A DNA stretch of 64,000 nt from Lophium mytilinum (taxonomy: Eukaryota). The stretch is from contig MU004194.1 in assembly GCA_010093605.1 (NCBI GenBank), forward strand, positions 1,402,323-1,466,322, written 5' to 3'. Numbering within the stretch: the first letter of the stretch is position 1; the number at the start of each line of letters is the position of its first letter. This document shows, in pieces, positions 1 to 13,410 of the stretch. The notes under the pieces were generated by a model. The model was not told where the DNA came from. It worked only from the letters and a program-made list of their open reading frames with translations, and did not search any database. Position numbers and translations under genes: made by a program.

Positions 1-1206
1 CTTAGCCGGAAAGGCAAGCCGGAGCAATATATGGGCTGGCCGAGCAGTCTGGGCGAAAGTGGCAGGGAGAGTCTGGAGGCTGTGGAAACATACACGGCTC
101 CTGGTACTGAACCAGTCAAGCCACCAAAAGCACGCACCAATGAACAGGCACCGAGCGGGACTGATGATGCTACGCCTCCAGAGAGTGCTCGGTCTATCAA
201 GCAATCTGACAGCGTGCAGAAGGCAGAAGAGTTGGAGAGTGAGCTTGTCAGGGCTTGGAAGGAGCTTGTGGGCGGCTACTTCAGGCGTTTCAAGCCTGAG
301 TACTTTGCATTGTCTGCCGGAGGCCAAGGTCACTCTGCAGAGAAAGAGATGGCTGAAAGGAAGCAGCTCCAAAACTCATGCGTCCCGGACGATACTACAG
401 ACGGGATTGGTATTGAGACGGTCCTCGAATATGCCTTTTTGAAAGCCGACTACGACTTCGTGTCGGCTCAGGTTGGCAAAAGGAACGAGGATCCGGTTCT
501 AGCTGACCGCGCTATAAACGACGACGACATACTTGGAAGCCCTTCCACTAAACGCATAGGCGGCCCGATGCGCTTCAAAGGCGGCAGCACCTGCAGCATC
601 GCGCTCATCTCCACGCCAACCCCTTCGCCCTTCTGGCATCCTGCGTCTCCCTCGACGCTCATCGCGGCTCACTGCGGTGATACCCGCATTCTACTCTGCA
701 ACACAGCAACTGGACTTGCTGTTCCGCTCACATCGAACCACCACCCATCTCTACCCATGGAAGCCACCCGGCTGCGGCGATATGCAGCGACTTTCGTGAC
801 CGACTCGTTCGGCGAAGAACGAGTCTCCGGTCTTGCCAACACCCGAGCCTTTGGAGACATGGCATCGAAACGCATAGGCGTCTCTGCCGAGCCGGAGATC
901 CGGCGCATGGAGCTCTCGCCGGCGGAATACTCCTTCATGGTGCTCGTATCAGACGGCGTGTCGGGTCATCTGAGCGACCAGGAGATCGTGGACGTTGTCA
1001 AGGAGGCCCGCACTCCAGAGCAGGGCGCTCGGGATGTGACTAGCTTTGCTACCGAGGTGGCCGCCGACGCGGATAATGCCACGACGCTGGTGGTGCGTCT
1101 GGGAGGATGGGAGCGCAGGAGCGAGGGCGGACTGGGCAGTCTGGGGACTAAGGAGCTGAGGGACTGGCGGAAAGAAGAGGCCAACAACCCGCGAAGTAGG
1201 ATGTGA
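1..1206 (+). CDS. PP2C-family Ser/Thr phosphatase (Ptc6-like), 5' end outside the window
   Basis: PP2C motifs GGSTCSIALI, AHCGDTRILL, LANTRAFGD, VLVSDGV and DNATTLVVRL; stop TGA at 1204-1206. Confidence 0.85.
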   Translation, partial: LSRKGKPEQYMGWPSSLGESGRESLEAVETYTAPGTEPVKPPKARTNEQAPSGTDDATPPESARSIKQSDSVQKAEELESELVRAWKELVGGYFRRFKPEYFALSAGGQGHSAEKEMAERKQLQNSCVPDDTTDGIGIETVLEYAFLKADYDFVSAQVGKRNEDPVLADRAINDDDILGSPSTKRIGGPMRFKGGSTCSIALISTPTPSPFWHPASPSTLIAAHCGDTRILLCNTATGLAVPLTSNHHPSLPMEATRLRRYAATFVTDSFGEERVSGLANTRAFGDMASKRIGVSAEPEIRRMELSPAEYSFMVLVSDGVSGHLSDQEIVDVVKEARTPEQGARDVTSFATEVAADADNATTLVVRLGGWERRSEGGLGSLGTKELRDWRKEEANNPRSRM

Positions 1207-2036
1207 GGGCATGGTGCATACACGGCGTTTGGGCGAAGCTAGCAACCGGCCTCGTGCTGGAGTTGTATATTGGGTAGTTGTAGGCATTGCGTAGTTGCAG
1301 GGCATTGGGTCGATGGCTGAGGCATTCGGTGGGTTCTTGTTGGCATAGCTGAGACGCGCACTTATATACAGACGAGACAGCCGTGAAGACGTCTTCACTA
1401 CATTTCTACTGTTTTCCGCTGCTCTGAGGCAGTCTGGCGTGCTCGATAAATCTGATTCTTTGTGCACGGCCGCGGGCTCCAAACCCCAACGCTGCTCTGC
1501 TCGACGGCATCCATCAGCAAATAGCGAAGCATCTGCCCCCCGTGACGCCCAGCTTCACCATCGAGACATTCACCATCCTGCAGCCCGTGGGTTCGAGGGG
1601 CACGGCACGGAAGCAGGGCAAGCGAGCCAATCCTCCAGCGTCGTGAGCCCTTTCACCAACCACAACTGAAGGGTTGCTGCTGCCTTGACGTCGATCCGCC
1701 GCCTAATAGCCATAATTTCTGGCTTGTTTGCCGTTTGCCTGGCCCAGCAAGGCGCACCGGTTGAACGCACAGCGCGTGCCTGAGACGCTCCTTGTCTGGT
1801 CTGCGGGGTGGACCCTTCGCGAAGCGGGCATCTCTGTGGAATTCACGTGTTTGGCCTGTCTGTCCAAGGCGTTCGACTTTCGCTTCAAATTCCCTCCCAT
1901 AACACCCTCCCCACGACACCTCTTATACTCCACCACCACGCCATCTACACCCGCACCCTCACCCGCAAGACTCAGCTGCACATCTCTCCGACAAGTCCAG
2001 GCTGCTGTCTGCCCACCAACACGCCCTCCTACCATC

Positions 2037-5000
2037 ATGGATGTCAACCAGGTGTTGGAGGGGACTCTCTCTCCCGGTGCGTGTTGCGACCCACCCACTC
2101 CCCCAAGCCTTGCTGTTCGTACTGACTCTCCCTAGATGCCACGATTCGCACAAATGCCGAATTACAGCTCACCTCCGCCGCTGAAACTGATTTCGTAAGT
2201 GTTTGGCTGCCCGCCGTCCAGAAGGCTCCCCCGTGCCCACGCAAGACAATCACTAACCGCGCCCTGTCTCACTCTAGTCCGGCTACCTAACCGTGCTCGC
2301 AACTGAGCTTGCCAACGAGCAAGCCCAACCTCACATCCGAAGTGCGGCGGCACTTGCACTAAAGAACTCCTTTTCTGCGCGAGAGTACACCCGGCTACGT
2401 CAGGTCCAGGATCGATGGCTCAATCAAGTAGACCCCAATGTGAAGGCTCAGGTCAAGGCCACGGCTTTGAAGACGCTCTCGGCGGGAAATAACCAGGTTG
2501 GCGGCCAGACGGCCCAGTTCATCGCGTCGATTGCCGCCATAGAGCTTCCCCGCCAGATGTGGCCGGAGCTCATGCAGACGCTGGTCAGTAACGTTGGAGA
2601 AGGCTCCGATCACCAGAAACAGGCCTCTCTGACTACAATCGGTTATATCTGCGACACGGATGATCAAGATCTTCGGGACAGCCTCGCACAGCACTCCAAC
2701 GCAATCCTCACCGCCGTTGTCCAGGGTGCGCGGAAAGAGGAAGCCAACGAAGAGGTCCGGAGCGCGGCCATCACGGCTCTCAGTGACTCTCTCGAGTTTG
2801 TCCGCACCAACTTTGAGAACGAAGGCGAGCGAAACTATATTATGCAAGTCATTTGTGAGGCTACGCAAGCCACCGACCCGCGCATCCAACAAGGCGCATA
2901 CGGCTGCTTGAACAGAATCATGGGCCTGTACTACGACAAAATGCGCTTCTACATGGAGAAGGCTCTTTTCGGACTCACAATCCAAGGCATGAAGCACGAT
3001 GAGGAAGACGTTGCCAAGCTCGCCGTTGAATTCTGGTGCACCGTCTGCGAAGAGGAAATCTCCATTGAGGACGACAACCAACAAGTACGTGACCTTTTCT
3101 TAGTACTCGAGACCGCTGCCGCTGCCAATGAGGACATCTCGCTAACCCTGGCAAAGGCCCAAGCGGAAGGCTCTACCGAATTAAGGGAGTATTTCAATTT
3201 TGCTAGAGTTGCCACTCAAGAGGTTGTCCCAGTCCTTCTGGAGCTCCTTGCTAAGCAAGATGAGGACGCTGCTGATGACGAGTACAACGTCTCAAGGGCT
3301 GCGTACCAGTGCTTGCAACTCTGGGCGCAGACCGTGGGCAGTGCCGTTGTGCCACCGGTCCTTGCTTTTGTGGAGAAGAACCTACGGTCCGAAGACTGGC
3401 ATTTCCGCGATGCTGCTGTTTCTGCTTTCGGTGCCATTATGGAAGGGCCAGAGCCAACCATGTTGGAGCCCCTCGTCAAGCAAGCTCTACCTGTCCTCAT
3501 TGGCATGATGGACGACCAGGTAATCCAGGTCAAGGACTCAGCAGCTTACGCACTGGGCCGTATCTGTGAGGCTACGGCCGAGTCTATCGATGCTTCCACT
3601 CATCTTCAGCCATTGATTGCCTCTCTATTCGGCGGCTTGTCGAGCCATCCCAAAATGGCATCGTCCTGCTGCTGGGCTCTCATGAACCTCGCAGATCGGT
3701 TTGCCGGCGAGCCTGGATGTGATAGCAACGCGTTGTCACCGCACTTCCAGGCCAGCGTCACTCACATCCTTCAAGTTACTGAACGGTTAGTCCGCCAATT
3801 TCGCATCTTCGTTGAACGTTCGCTAACCTCACCAGACATGATGCCGATAATCAGCTTCGCACTGCAGCTTATGAAGTCCTCAACGCCTTCGTTACAAATG
3901 CCGCGAATGACAGCGTCGGTATTGTGGCCGGGTTGTCCGATGTCGTTTTGGAGCGGTTGGAGAAGACCATTCAGCTCCAAGCTCAGGTTGTTAGTGTTGA
4001 GGACAAGTTGACACTAGAAGAGATGCAGACAAGCTTGACAAGTGTCGTAATGGTATGAGAACGACGACATTGAATAGTAAGCATCGGGCTAACAGACACA
4101 GGCAATTGTACAGCGACTGGAGGTTGAGATCAAGCCACAAGCTGACCGGATCATGGGAGTTCTGCTCCAGCTGCTGTCTTCTCTTGGAGCGAAATCCAGC
4201 GTTCCTGACACCGTGTTCGCGGCTATCGGGGCACTCGCAAACGCGCTAGAGGATGACTTCATCAAGTATATGGACGCCTTCACCCCATTCCTGTACAATG
4301 CCCTCGGCAACCAGGAAGAGCCCGCGTTGTGCTCTATGGCCATTGGCCTTGTCAGCGACATCACTCGATCGCTAGGCGAGAAGGTCCAGCCATGGTGCGA
4401 TGCATTCATGAACTACCTCTTGAACAATCTCCGGGTAAGTGAATCTTTTGGCACAAAGAGTACCTTGCTAACCTCGCAAAAGAGCCAGCAACTTGGCAAT
4501 ACGTTCAAGCCGGCTATTCTGCAGTGCTTCGGCGATATCGCGCAGGCTATTGGTGGTCACTTCGAAACTTACCTCCCAGTTGTTGCCCAGGTGCTTCAAC
4601 AGGCTGCGGGTGTTCCGATGACGCCAGACATCAGCTACGAGATGTTGGACTACATCGTGTCGCTCAGAGAAGGCATAATGGATGCTTGGGATGGTGCCAT
4701 TGTGGCTATGAAGAGCAGCGGAAAGAGTGAGTTGACATTGTCCAAGTCCCGTCTCTGAGAGCTGCTGTACTAACCGTGTTAGCACAATTGCTGGCCCCTT
4801 GGGTTCAGGCCATCTTCGAGCTCCTCCATATGGTCTACACAGATTCCAGTCGTTCAGAGGCTCTCTTGCGATCCTCATTGGGAGTTGTCGGGTAAGTGCC
4901 ATTCCTTATTTGCTGAAATGATAAGTACTAACGATTTGAAGTGATCTTGCCGATGCTTTCCCTCACGGCGAATTTGCGGAAATGTACCGCGCTGACTGGT

Positions 5001-5215
5001 TGACGGCCATGGCTAGAGAGGTTCGCGCCAATCGTGAATTCCAGGCTCGGACACAAGACACAGCTCGTTGGGCTCGTGAGCAAATAAAGCGCCAAATCGG
5101 TATAGCACACTATCTCTCTTGCTTTCCCTCATTGTTTCGACAAGGAGGACTCGGTTATCATCTCAGAAGCTAATTATTATTATTTGAAGGCGGCAACGCA
5201 GGCCAGATGGCTTGA
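2037..5215 (+). CDS. KAP95: Importin subunit beta-1 (karyopherin beta), about 10 exons
   Basis: ATG at 2037 (MDVNQVLEGTLSP); IBN_N/HEAT segments RSAAALALKN, GERNYIMQVICEATQ, AVEFWCTVCEEE, WHFRDAAVSAFGAIMEGP and KPAILQCFGDIA. GT-AG introns such as 2077-2135 and 5100-5189 join the ORF pieces; last exon reads GGNAGQMA-stop. Confidence 0.95.
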
Positions 5216-7236
5216 GCTATCCATCCCTCCTCCATATCCATACCCGGCGTCGGAGCCTCAGTGGCATAGGTTCGGGAAAACCATAGACAGCGCGATGATC
5301 CAATTCAACCCAGTTTTATGATCATCGTGTAAGCCCTGGCATGTCTAGGGTTTGTCCTGCAGTCACACCAGCTTGGTTTTGCTAAAACGACGTTATCGAC
5401 GGCGACGAATCCACCACATCGGTGCTCGAGCTCTAGATTTACCGGAACCGGATACGATTAGCCACTGTTCGTACTACACGCTGGCTTCAAGGCGCCCTCC
5501 CTCCCCCTCCTCCGCACGAGCAGCTCCCCGACCCCAAACACCAGCACATCGTCGACCTGATGCGCACATCAGGCCGATGCAGCACGCACAGCACCAACCC
5601 AACCCCCGAATCGCGTCCCTCGCCACGCCACGCCGCACCTACACCCTAATCCAACCAACCCCCCCAACGCCCCCCTGCGAAATATCGAGCACCCCTCTCG
5701 CACCACCCCCGACACCACAACACACCGAAGAGGAAAATTCATGTATGCCCCCGAAGTCATGTAAGGTTCTACGGCTTCACGGGTCTTTCAGCAGAGGGCA
5801 AGCAAAGGATGGTGGGTGCAAATGAAAAGAAAAGGTTTTTTGTTGCCCTCATCCGGCTTTCTTTCTCTCTTTTCTTTTTAGAAAGATCCCTTGGAGAAAA
5901 ACTCGTCTAGTTCCAGAGATATCCCCCCTTGTTTTCCTCTTATCTACCAATACCTAAGTGTTTTTCCCCCTGAGCACACATCTTCCCGAGCCCATGTCGT
6001 CCCCACACCCGGCCCCCACCCCCATCCTTTGTTATTGTGTTTGGTTTGGCATTGAACGGTATGCGACAGAGTGAGTGAGTGACTGAGTGAGAGAGATATT
6101 AAAGATTCCTCGTCTTGTAAACACGTGTGATGGACCCCGTTATCCTATGGTTTTTTATGCTGCTTGTTTGTCTTTAGATTTTTTTCTTCTTTTCTCGGAG
6201 GTCGATGTGGTTTGCATGGATGGATGGAGTGGGGGGCCGATCGTTGGCGAGCGTGATTGCTTGGGAGGAAGATGAGAGGTAGAGGTAGGTAGGTAGGTGG
6301 GTGGGTGGATAGGGTTGCGGTCGTGGATCATAATCAATTGTCGAGCTTTGCTCTTCTCCCCCACTTTTGCTCTTGATTCGTTGCGGTTTTGTGGTGAATG
6401 TGATGGTGGGTTGAGTGTTGGATCGTGACTGTAGGGTTCGTGCTACTAAGTCGCGGAAGTGTTCCACGGGCCTGCAGCAAACTTCGACCTGGCCCGGCAA
6501 AAACAGTTTACGAACAGGCTCCGGTCTCCTTTCTCTCTTTCCGCCACGTGGTTTCCCGTCTCTCGATCTACCAAAATTCTCTATCCTTATTAGCTTCCGT
6601 AGCGAAACGGGAGAGGGGAAGAACGGGCGTTAGTTACGCGAAGCGCGGATTTGAGAGAACTGTCGTCAATGACTTTTGTGAAGAACGGATTTTGGTAGGA
6701 AAACAAGACAGCAGAGAACAGGCTAACCTAAGAAAGCCGCCTTTTTTTTCAGTCTAGATTTGATCACTTTCAAGGCTCTGAAGGAGTTCTTGTTCGGAGT
6801 GTGTCACTTGGGTCTTCGCATGTCAGGCACTGTTTTCACGAATCGGTTGAGTTGACATAGTTGACATAGCACGCCAATGTTCAAGTCTAGTTTCAGTTTG
6901 GGGTATCGAATAGTTTAATAGCGTCGGTCTAGAACTCGAACTCAGGCTAGAGCATGAGGCAGAACGGACACGGTCAGAAAGCTAGCGGTCTACAAGAATG
7001 TAAACGCGATGTGTATGCTGCGCAGGAGACTGTGAACATAGGAGAATAGCAGCGGGAAGGCTGGAGGATATAGACCCAACCCCACAATCATGCCCGAGAT
7101 ACTCCAACGCCTATGAGGAAAAACAGATGGTATCAAAACGAAAAGGAAACCCCGCATCATCGCACACCTTAATGGCTGCACATTCGTGAAATAGGAAATG
7201 TAGACAGCGCGTCTAGATAGCGGCGGATAGGCTCAT

Positions 7237-8154
7237 TCACACCCCGCCCATCTCCACCTCCCCGTGCTCCCACACCGGTCGCAGGAACTCCGCTTCCTCG
7301 AAGTCAGAGCTGTTGCGCCCGGCATCTGTCTCGGCGTCTCCCATATCTGCGTTCTCTGTATCTGTGTTCGTCGGCAGGCCCATGGGCTTGAACCCAAGCT
7401 CGTGGAGCTGGAGCTGCTGGGCGTTCCCGCTCTTCAGCCGCCGCATGCCTCGGGTGCGTGGCTGGGCAAACGGACGCAAGGGCTGTGATGAAAGCTGCGG
7501 CATCGATGTGTGGCTGAGCGGGTAGACGTTCGGAGGTGGGGAGCTCGACATTGGGGAGACGGGCTCCTCGTCGTCGAGCGGGGCGAAGAGGTGGGTTGTG
7601 TTTGAGAGGGGGAAGATGTCGTTGGCGGCGTCGTCGAAGCTGCGCTTGTGGGGGTTCGCATTCAGCTGACGCGCGGGGGCCGAGTCGGTGGAGAGGCTTG
7701 AGCTGGTCGAGCCCTGCGAGGAGAAGTTTGGGGAGGATGTGAAGAGGTGGAGCGGGGGGTGCGAGGCGACGGGCTGCGTTGGCCAGCCCCAGTCGTTGGA
7801 GGAGGGCGTGTGGATGAGGGGCTGCTCAGCGAAGCCTCCGATCTTGTGCAGGCCGCAGAAAGGAAGCAGTTCGCGGGGATGCGAGTGGGCTTCTGTGGGG
7901 GTATGTTGCACGGGCTTGACGCTGTAGGCGTCGCCGTTGTTGAGTTCGCGCTGCTTGTTCTTGTAGCCCTCGGGGACTGACTTTCGAACCCGCATACCGA
8001 CGTTGAGGAGGGACGCTTGGACGGAGGAGGGGAGGGCGGGGGTAGGTGTCGTCGTTATATGTGGGATGCTCGAGTCGGATAGGTCAGGACGGGCGAAGAA
8101 GGCTGTGATCGAGGGTTGGTAGGCACGCTTGGAACGGTGCGAGCTCGACGGCAT
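7237..8154 (-). CDS. Ribonucleotide reductase inhibitor, Spd1/Dif1 (RNR_inhib) family
   Basis: Contains VQASLLNVGMRVRKSVPEGYK (Hug-domain-like), C-terminal DFEEAEFLRP and an N-terminal PIP-box-like QPSITAFF. Confidence 0.85.
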   Translation of the reverse strand: MPSSSHRSKRAYQPSITAFFARPDLSDSSIPHITTTPTPALPSSVQASLLNVGMRVRKSVPEGYKNKQRELNNGDAYSVKPVQHTPTEAHSHPRELLPFCGLHKIGGFAEQPLIHTPSSNDWGWPTQPVASHPPLHLFTSSPNFSSQGSTSSSLSTDSAPARQLNANPHKRSFDDAANDIFPLSNTTHLFAPLDDEEPVSPMSSSPPPNVYPLSHTSMPQLSSQPLRPFAQPRTRGMRRLKSGNAQQLQLHELGFKPMGLPTNTDTENADMGDAETDAGRNSSDFEEAEFLRPVWEHGEVEMGGV

Positions 8155-8473
8155 CGTTGTCGGTTATGAGTCTTCTCTCTGCCCGATTGCCCGTTGGGAC
8201 CAGGGCGTTGAAGCACCACAGACGGCTGAAGAGGGCGGGAAGCTGGTGCCGGAGTTTGCCCAGTGGTGTGGTGGTGAGGGCTCTCAGTGGTGGACGAAGT
8301 GTTGAACTCTGCAGAGTCTAAAAACGAGGGCACGGGCTGAAGAGCAGAGAAGAAGAGGTACGTCGGGGTGCGGAGGTGGTGGTGGGAGGAGTCCGGTGAA
8401 TTGATGGGATGATGACGGACAATAGGGAATTGTGCAAGGCTGGGCGCGTGAAGTTCGTGCACCTCCGTCCGAC

Positions 8474-8479
8474 ACGCGT
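8474..8479. promoter_or_regulatory. MCB element (ACGCGT) upstream of the RNR-inhibitor gene
   Basis: Exact ACGCGT about 320 bp upstream of the ATG, with a second CGCG core at about 8445. Confidence 0.35.
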
Positions 8480-9161
8480 TGGTAGCGGAGTGGTCCGAGT
8501 GCGCCCACAACGTAGGATTTCAGATGAAACGACTCCTTCACTACTATTATCTGCTTCAACGCAAGTCGCGGGTAAAAATACTTTCACCTTGACGCAGATT
8601 CAAATGAAGAAAAGCTATCCTCTACTCGTGCTTGGTGCAAAGTTTAAACCACAGGCGCACCTTCGGATCAGCATGACATTGCAGCGAGCGACATTGGATG
8701 CCCGGATTGAGACGGCAACGTCACCTCCTCTTAGGAAAGAATACTCCAATACCTGCCTCTGGACTTGTTACTCGCAAATTGTCAGGAAGTGCCTGTGGGC
8801 TTTCAGAGCCAGTCCTAACTCCGAGAGACATGTTACTGAGATAGCAAAGCAAAACGCCCGTCTGTGATCTGACAAATTGTCTTGATACAAGGGTAGACGT
8901 AGTCCTTCCTTCGCGGCTATGTCTCTTTGTCATGTTTGAAGTCAAGTTATTCCGTCATCGACACAGAAAAAATTGTTTGTATGCAAATAGTTGTATTACT
9001 ATACAATGCATCGGTATCATTTCGCGATACCCATTTCACGAAAGCTCCTTTTTCCGTCATTCATAAGTCGTCGCCCGAAAAACTAAAAGAAACCCAAAAA
9101 CCAATCGCTTAATCGCTATACTAACTCCCGTAACGCTCACCATGCAGCACTTTCAAGCCCT

Positions 9162-11951
9162 CTAATCATAGAGATCTTCCTGTCCATCATCGAGGTCGGC
9201 CATCGGGTCGTCTTCGTCATACATCTCGCTGTCCTCGGACATCTCGCTGTCTGTGTGATTTGGAAGCACATGGATATGGCCATCCTCCAGCACAATGTGA
9301 GCTGTTTCTCCATCCTTGATGCTTCCGCGAAGGATTAGGACGGCCATGCGGTTGAGTACCTCCTTCTCGATCAAACGAGCAAGCGGCCGAGCACCATATG
9401 CTGGAGAGTATCCGGCACTGCCTAGGTAGTCTTTGACCTCTTCCGTCATATCGATCCTCACATTGCGACCGTTGGAGCTCAAGCGCTTCTGGATCTCGAC
9501 CATCCGCACGTCGACAATCTTGCGGATCTCCCTCTTCGTGAGGCGATTGAATATGACGGTGCTTGAGATACGGTTGAGGAACTCGGGTAGGAAGTAGTTC
9601 CGTAGCGCAGTCATAACCATTTCTCTAGTCGTTGGATCGATCCTCCCGTCTGGTGCGTTCGGCCTCGCTAGGTACTCAGCACCGAGATTGGATGTCATGA
9701 CGACGATACAGTTCTTCGCATCGACAACTCTGCCTTGGCCGTCGGTGATACGTCCGTCATCCATGAGCTGTAGAAGGACTGTGAGGACTTCCTTCGCCGC
9801 CTTCTCAACTTCGTCGAATAGTAGGATTGAGAATGGCTTTCGTCGAAGCGCCTCGGTAAGCTGCCCACCAGCATCGTGACCAACATACCCGGGAGGAGCA
9901 CCGATCATTCTGCTCAGTGAGTGACGCTCCTGGTATTCTGACATATCAAACCGAATCATTGACTTCGGATCGTCGAATAAGAACTCGGCGAGAGCTTTGG
10001 TAAGAAGCGTCTTTCCTGTACCCGATGGTCCACAGAAGAGGAAGCTCGGCGGTTGGTTGGGATTTGCGAGACCTGATCTCTGGAGCCGGATGGCATTTGA
10101 AACAGAGGAAACCGCCTCTTTCTGGCCAATGACAATGTGACCAAGGACCTTTTCCATGTTGAGCAGTTTTTCTTTTTCGGTTGTCCTGAGTCTCGTCACT
10201 GGAATGCCTGTCCATCTCGCGACGATCTCGTTGATCTGGTCAGGGCCCACGGAATCAGTAAGCATTGCTTCTCCCGGACCGCTCCCCCTGCGGTTGTACA
10301 TTTCTTGGTCTGCCCTCGCTTTCTCAGCCTCCAATTGTCCTATTCGCGCTTCAACATCGGGAATGGCGTAGTACTTCAAGTCGGACGCAGTCTGTAGGTC
10401 GCGGATACGCTCTGCTTCGGCTAATTTGGTCTTGAGAGTGTCAAGCTTCACCTTCGCTTCTTGAATCTCCTTGCCGCGTAGCTTCTCGCTTTCATACTTC
10501 TCACGGAGAGGCTTCAGCTCTTCTTCAACGTTGGCAGCCTCTGCTACGGCTTCCCGAAGGCGAGCCTTGGCATCGTCCGTCTTCTCGCGGCCGAGAGCGT
10601 GAATCTCGATTTGTAGTTGGCGTAGTTTCCTGTCGAGATTGTCGAGAGCCTCGGGTTGAGACTCGCGTGTAACGCGTACTGCAGCAGCGGCTTCGTCAAT
10701 GAGATCGACCGCAGAATCGGGGAGGCGACGTTGAGTGAGGTATCGAGCAGCTAGCGTAGCTGCAGCAACAATTGCGCCGTCGAGAATGGTAACACCGTGA
10801 TGTGTTTCGTATCGTTCCTTCAGACCACGTAGAATCGAAACCGTTTCTGGGATCGAAGGCTCTTTGACAAGGACTTGCTGGAAACGTCGTTCAAAGGCCG
10901 CGTCCTTTTCGATGTATTTGCGGTATTCGCTGAGGGTTGTTGCACCGATGCAGTGAAGTTGGCCACGAGCAAGCATGGGCTTGAGCAGATTGGCAGCATC
11001 CATACCTCCCTCTCCAGTTCCTCCGGCACCCATCAAAAGATGCATTTCGTCTACAAACAGGACGATCATCTCTTTTGACTCCTCAATCTCTTTCAATACT
11101 CCCTTCATCCTCTCCTCGAATTCACCCCGGTATTTGCTTCCAGCAACCAATGCGCCGACGTCGAGTGATAGTAGTCTGCATGCTGCAAGATGGGCAGGGA
11201 CATCAGCGTCGACAATGCGGCGAGCTAGGCCTTCGACAACGGTGGTTTTGCCGACACCAGGCTCTCCGATCAGGACTGGGTTGTTTTTGGTTCGCCGAGA
11301 CAGAATGCGGATGACTCGTCGGATTTCCTCTTCTCGACCAATGACGGGGTCGATCTTGCCGTCTCGCGCCATCGCAGTCATATCAATTGTGAACTTCTTG
11401 AGGTTCTCGTTCTCCTGTTCTGAGTCTGCCGTCTTCGAGTCCACCCGCTTCGTGCCCCGAATTTGTTGTATAGCCTCGTCGATCATCTTGGGTTTGGGAA
11501 TGTTGGCTTCGGCCAGACAGCGTTGAATGGCGGGTTCCTGAACCAATGCCTGGATCAAGTGGTCCACAGCGATGTAGCTATCCTTTTGAGTCTTGCTCAG
11601 CTCGTTTGCTCCGCGAAGCAGCTTCGAGAAGCTTGGTGCCATGGAAACGCTGTCTGGAGGGGGATCTTGTGAGGGAAGCCTAACGAGGTTCTTCTTGAGG
11701 GCTCGGTCCAACAGTTGCGGATCGCCATGAGCGCGTTCGACAACTTGTCTGAACAAGGGTGCTGAGGATTGGGAGTGTGTTTCGTGGCCAGTACTGTTCT
11801 GCTGGTCTTTGCTCAGATCCGGCGGCGGATCTATGAGAGCTACGGCCAAATGTATCGGTTGAAGTTGTGAATGGGCGTATTGAGTAGCCAAATCGCTGGC
11901 ATCTCCGAGTGCCTTCGATGCCCGGTCGGTGAACTCCATCTTTGACGCCAT
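9162..11951 (-). CDS. HSP104: Heat shock protein 104 (ClpB-type AAA+ disaggregase), intronless
   Basis: Clp N-domain, NBD1 GEPGVGKT and FVDEMH, coiled-coil middle domain, NBD2 GPSGTGKT and [21 protein letters not shown], acidic C-terminal tail. Confidence 0.97.
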   Translation of the reverse strand: MASKMEFTDRASKALGDASDLATQYAHSQLQPIHLAVALIDPPPDLSKDQQNSTGHETHSQSSAPLFRQVVERAHGDPQLLDRALKKNLVRLPSQDPPPDSVSMAPSFSKLLRGANELSKTQKDSYIAVDHLIQALVQEPAIQRCLAEANIPKPKMIDEAIQQIRGTKRVDSKTADSEQENENLKKFTIDMTAMARDGKIDPVIGREEEIRRVIRILSRRTKNNPVLIGEPGVGKTTVVEGLARRIVDADVPAHLAACRLLSLDVGALVAGSKYRGEFEERMKGVLKEIEESKEMIVLFVDEMHLLMGAGGTGEGGMDAANLLKPMLARGQLHCIGATTLSEYRKYIEKDAAFERRFQQVLVKEPSIPETVSILRGLKERYETHHGVTILDGAIVAAATLAARYLTQRRLPDSAVDLIDEAAAAVRVTRESQPEALDNLDRKLRQLQIEIHALGREKTDDAKARLREAVAEAANVEEELKPLREKYESEKLRGKEIQEAKVKLDTLKTKLAEAERIRDLQTASDLKYYAIPDVEARIGQLEAEKARADQEMYNRRGSGPGEAMLTDSVGPDQINEIVARWTGIPVTRLRTTEKEKLLNMEKVLGHIVIGQKEAVSSVSNAIRLQRSGLANPNQPPSFLFCGPSGTGKTLLTKALAEFLFDDPKSMIRFDMSEYQERHSLSRMIGAPPGYVGHDAGGQLTEALRRKPFSILLFDEVEKAAKEVLTVLLQLMDDGRITDGQGRVVDAKNCIVVMTSNLGAEYLARPNAPDGRIDPTTREMVMTALRNYFLPEFLNRISSTVIFNRLTKREIRKIVDVRMVEIQKRLSSNGRNVRIDMTEEVKDYLGSAGYSPAYGARPLARLIEKEVLNRMAVLILRGSIKDGETAHIVLEDGHIHVLPNHTDSEMSEDSEMYDEDDPMADLDDGQEDLYD

Positions 11952-12140
11952 GATGTAGAATGTGGTGGGTGACTCGACAAAAATCAGGCAGGTTTAAGTG
12001 AGTGGTTGTGAGGTTCTGTTTGTCTGTGGAAGAAGAAAAGAGCAAACAAGCAAAGAAGGCAGGATATATATAGTGCTTGGTGCCCAACAACGTGAGGTGT
12101 TCGAAGGGTCGCGAGATGTCGCGCTGGTGGGAGTCGCGGC

Positions 12141-12162
12141 TCGAAGCTTCTCGTATGTTCTC
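12141..12162. promoter_or_regulatory. Heat-shock element of HSP104 (TATA-like TATATATA at about 12065)
   Basis: tcGAAgcTTCtcGTAtgTTCtc is four alternating nGAAn units with one mismatch, about 190 bp upstream of the ATG. Confidence 0.7.
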
Positions 12163-13410
12163 CAGCCCTGTGCCCCTCCACCACTGGATCTGCGTCAACG
12201 TCACCGCAAGATCAGGCCAGGGTGGATGCGGCCTAGGGTAAGGAGGGCTCGGACCATTTTTTCGAGACACCATCAAGTTTTCGTAACCCAACGTCCGGCA
12301 ATGCTGGGGTCAGTGCAACTCTTTTTGCTGTTATTCACCCTGACGTAACAACTACTCTTTCCTCTTTTCCCTCTCTTCCGAAGCGTCCACTGCTTCCGCA
12401 TCGAACCGAGACGCCTTATTCCCGAGTCATGTATTCAAAACAGCCTCGAGATGTTTTTAGAACTGTATTCAAACTGTTTGGAATCTCTCTGTCCTCCACA
12501 CTTGCATGTGCCAAGAGCTACTAGGTTGAGTCATTGCGGTCAACTTCATAATTTAAAAATCCCAATTGCTGCAACGTGTGCGCTTACCTGCCGCTGCTTC
12601 AAAATGCAAGCGAGATATAGAGTAACAAGTTCATTAAATTGATAGACTGGCGAGGCCACCTCAGGCAGAAGCAAGAAAGTCTACACAGACTAAACATGTG
12701 ACCCGTTCCGCCATATCTCTATTAGTTCATTGAAGTGTTACATAGATACCAACGGTAACAAAAGTGTGTATATGAATATACGGCGAGGTACTGTACCTTA
12801 TCACCAGATATATCAGACCTTACTACCACACTAACCCTCGGCCGTATCCCATACCGGATGATGAAGGATATATTATGCAAGACCCCTGTATTCCTAGAAG
12901 GCAGATGTAGTGACTAGTGGCACAACATGCTTGTGATCTCGGGAAAATTTGTTATCATGTCGTTTGAATAGCCCCTATGATAGCGAGAAATTTGCTCAAG
13001 TACAACTAAGCTAGTGATAGCCTGAATAGCGCATGCAAGCTGACTCCAGTGGCTTAGGGAGCCAACTTGCGTATGTCAGAACATGAGGAACGAGTAGATC
13101 TGTGGAAGGCACACTAGATCAGTAGTTGAGGGGTAACCCAGTTCTGTCATTGGTAAGTGATGCAAGAGAGTTGGATCGCGTGCTTGTCGAAGTTGAATGA
13201 AATTAGAATTGACCAAGTTTTTACCCTGTATCCAGGGCGCCCAGTAACGCCTTGAGCCTTATTTACAGAGACTACGAAACCTGCCATATCTCTGCACCTT
13301 CCATCTGAATCAGCTAGAAGCTGTTCGTGAACAACCCTCAGCCAACCGTAGCATCAAGACGTAGCATCAAGACCAGCGAAAATTCATGACAAGACCTCGT
13401 TGCAACGCCC

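Noticed and set aside
5352..6757. Several short ORFs and (GTGA)n/(GGTA)n tracts downstream of KAP95
   Set aside because: Low-complexity UTR or intergenic sequence with no coding signature or domain.
13348..13373. 13-bp tandem duplication GTAGCATCAAGAC in the NOP1 3' region
   Set aside because: Ordinary slippage duplication with no sign of function.
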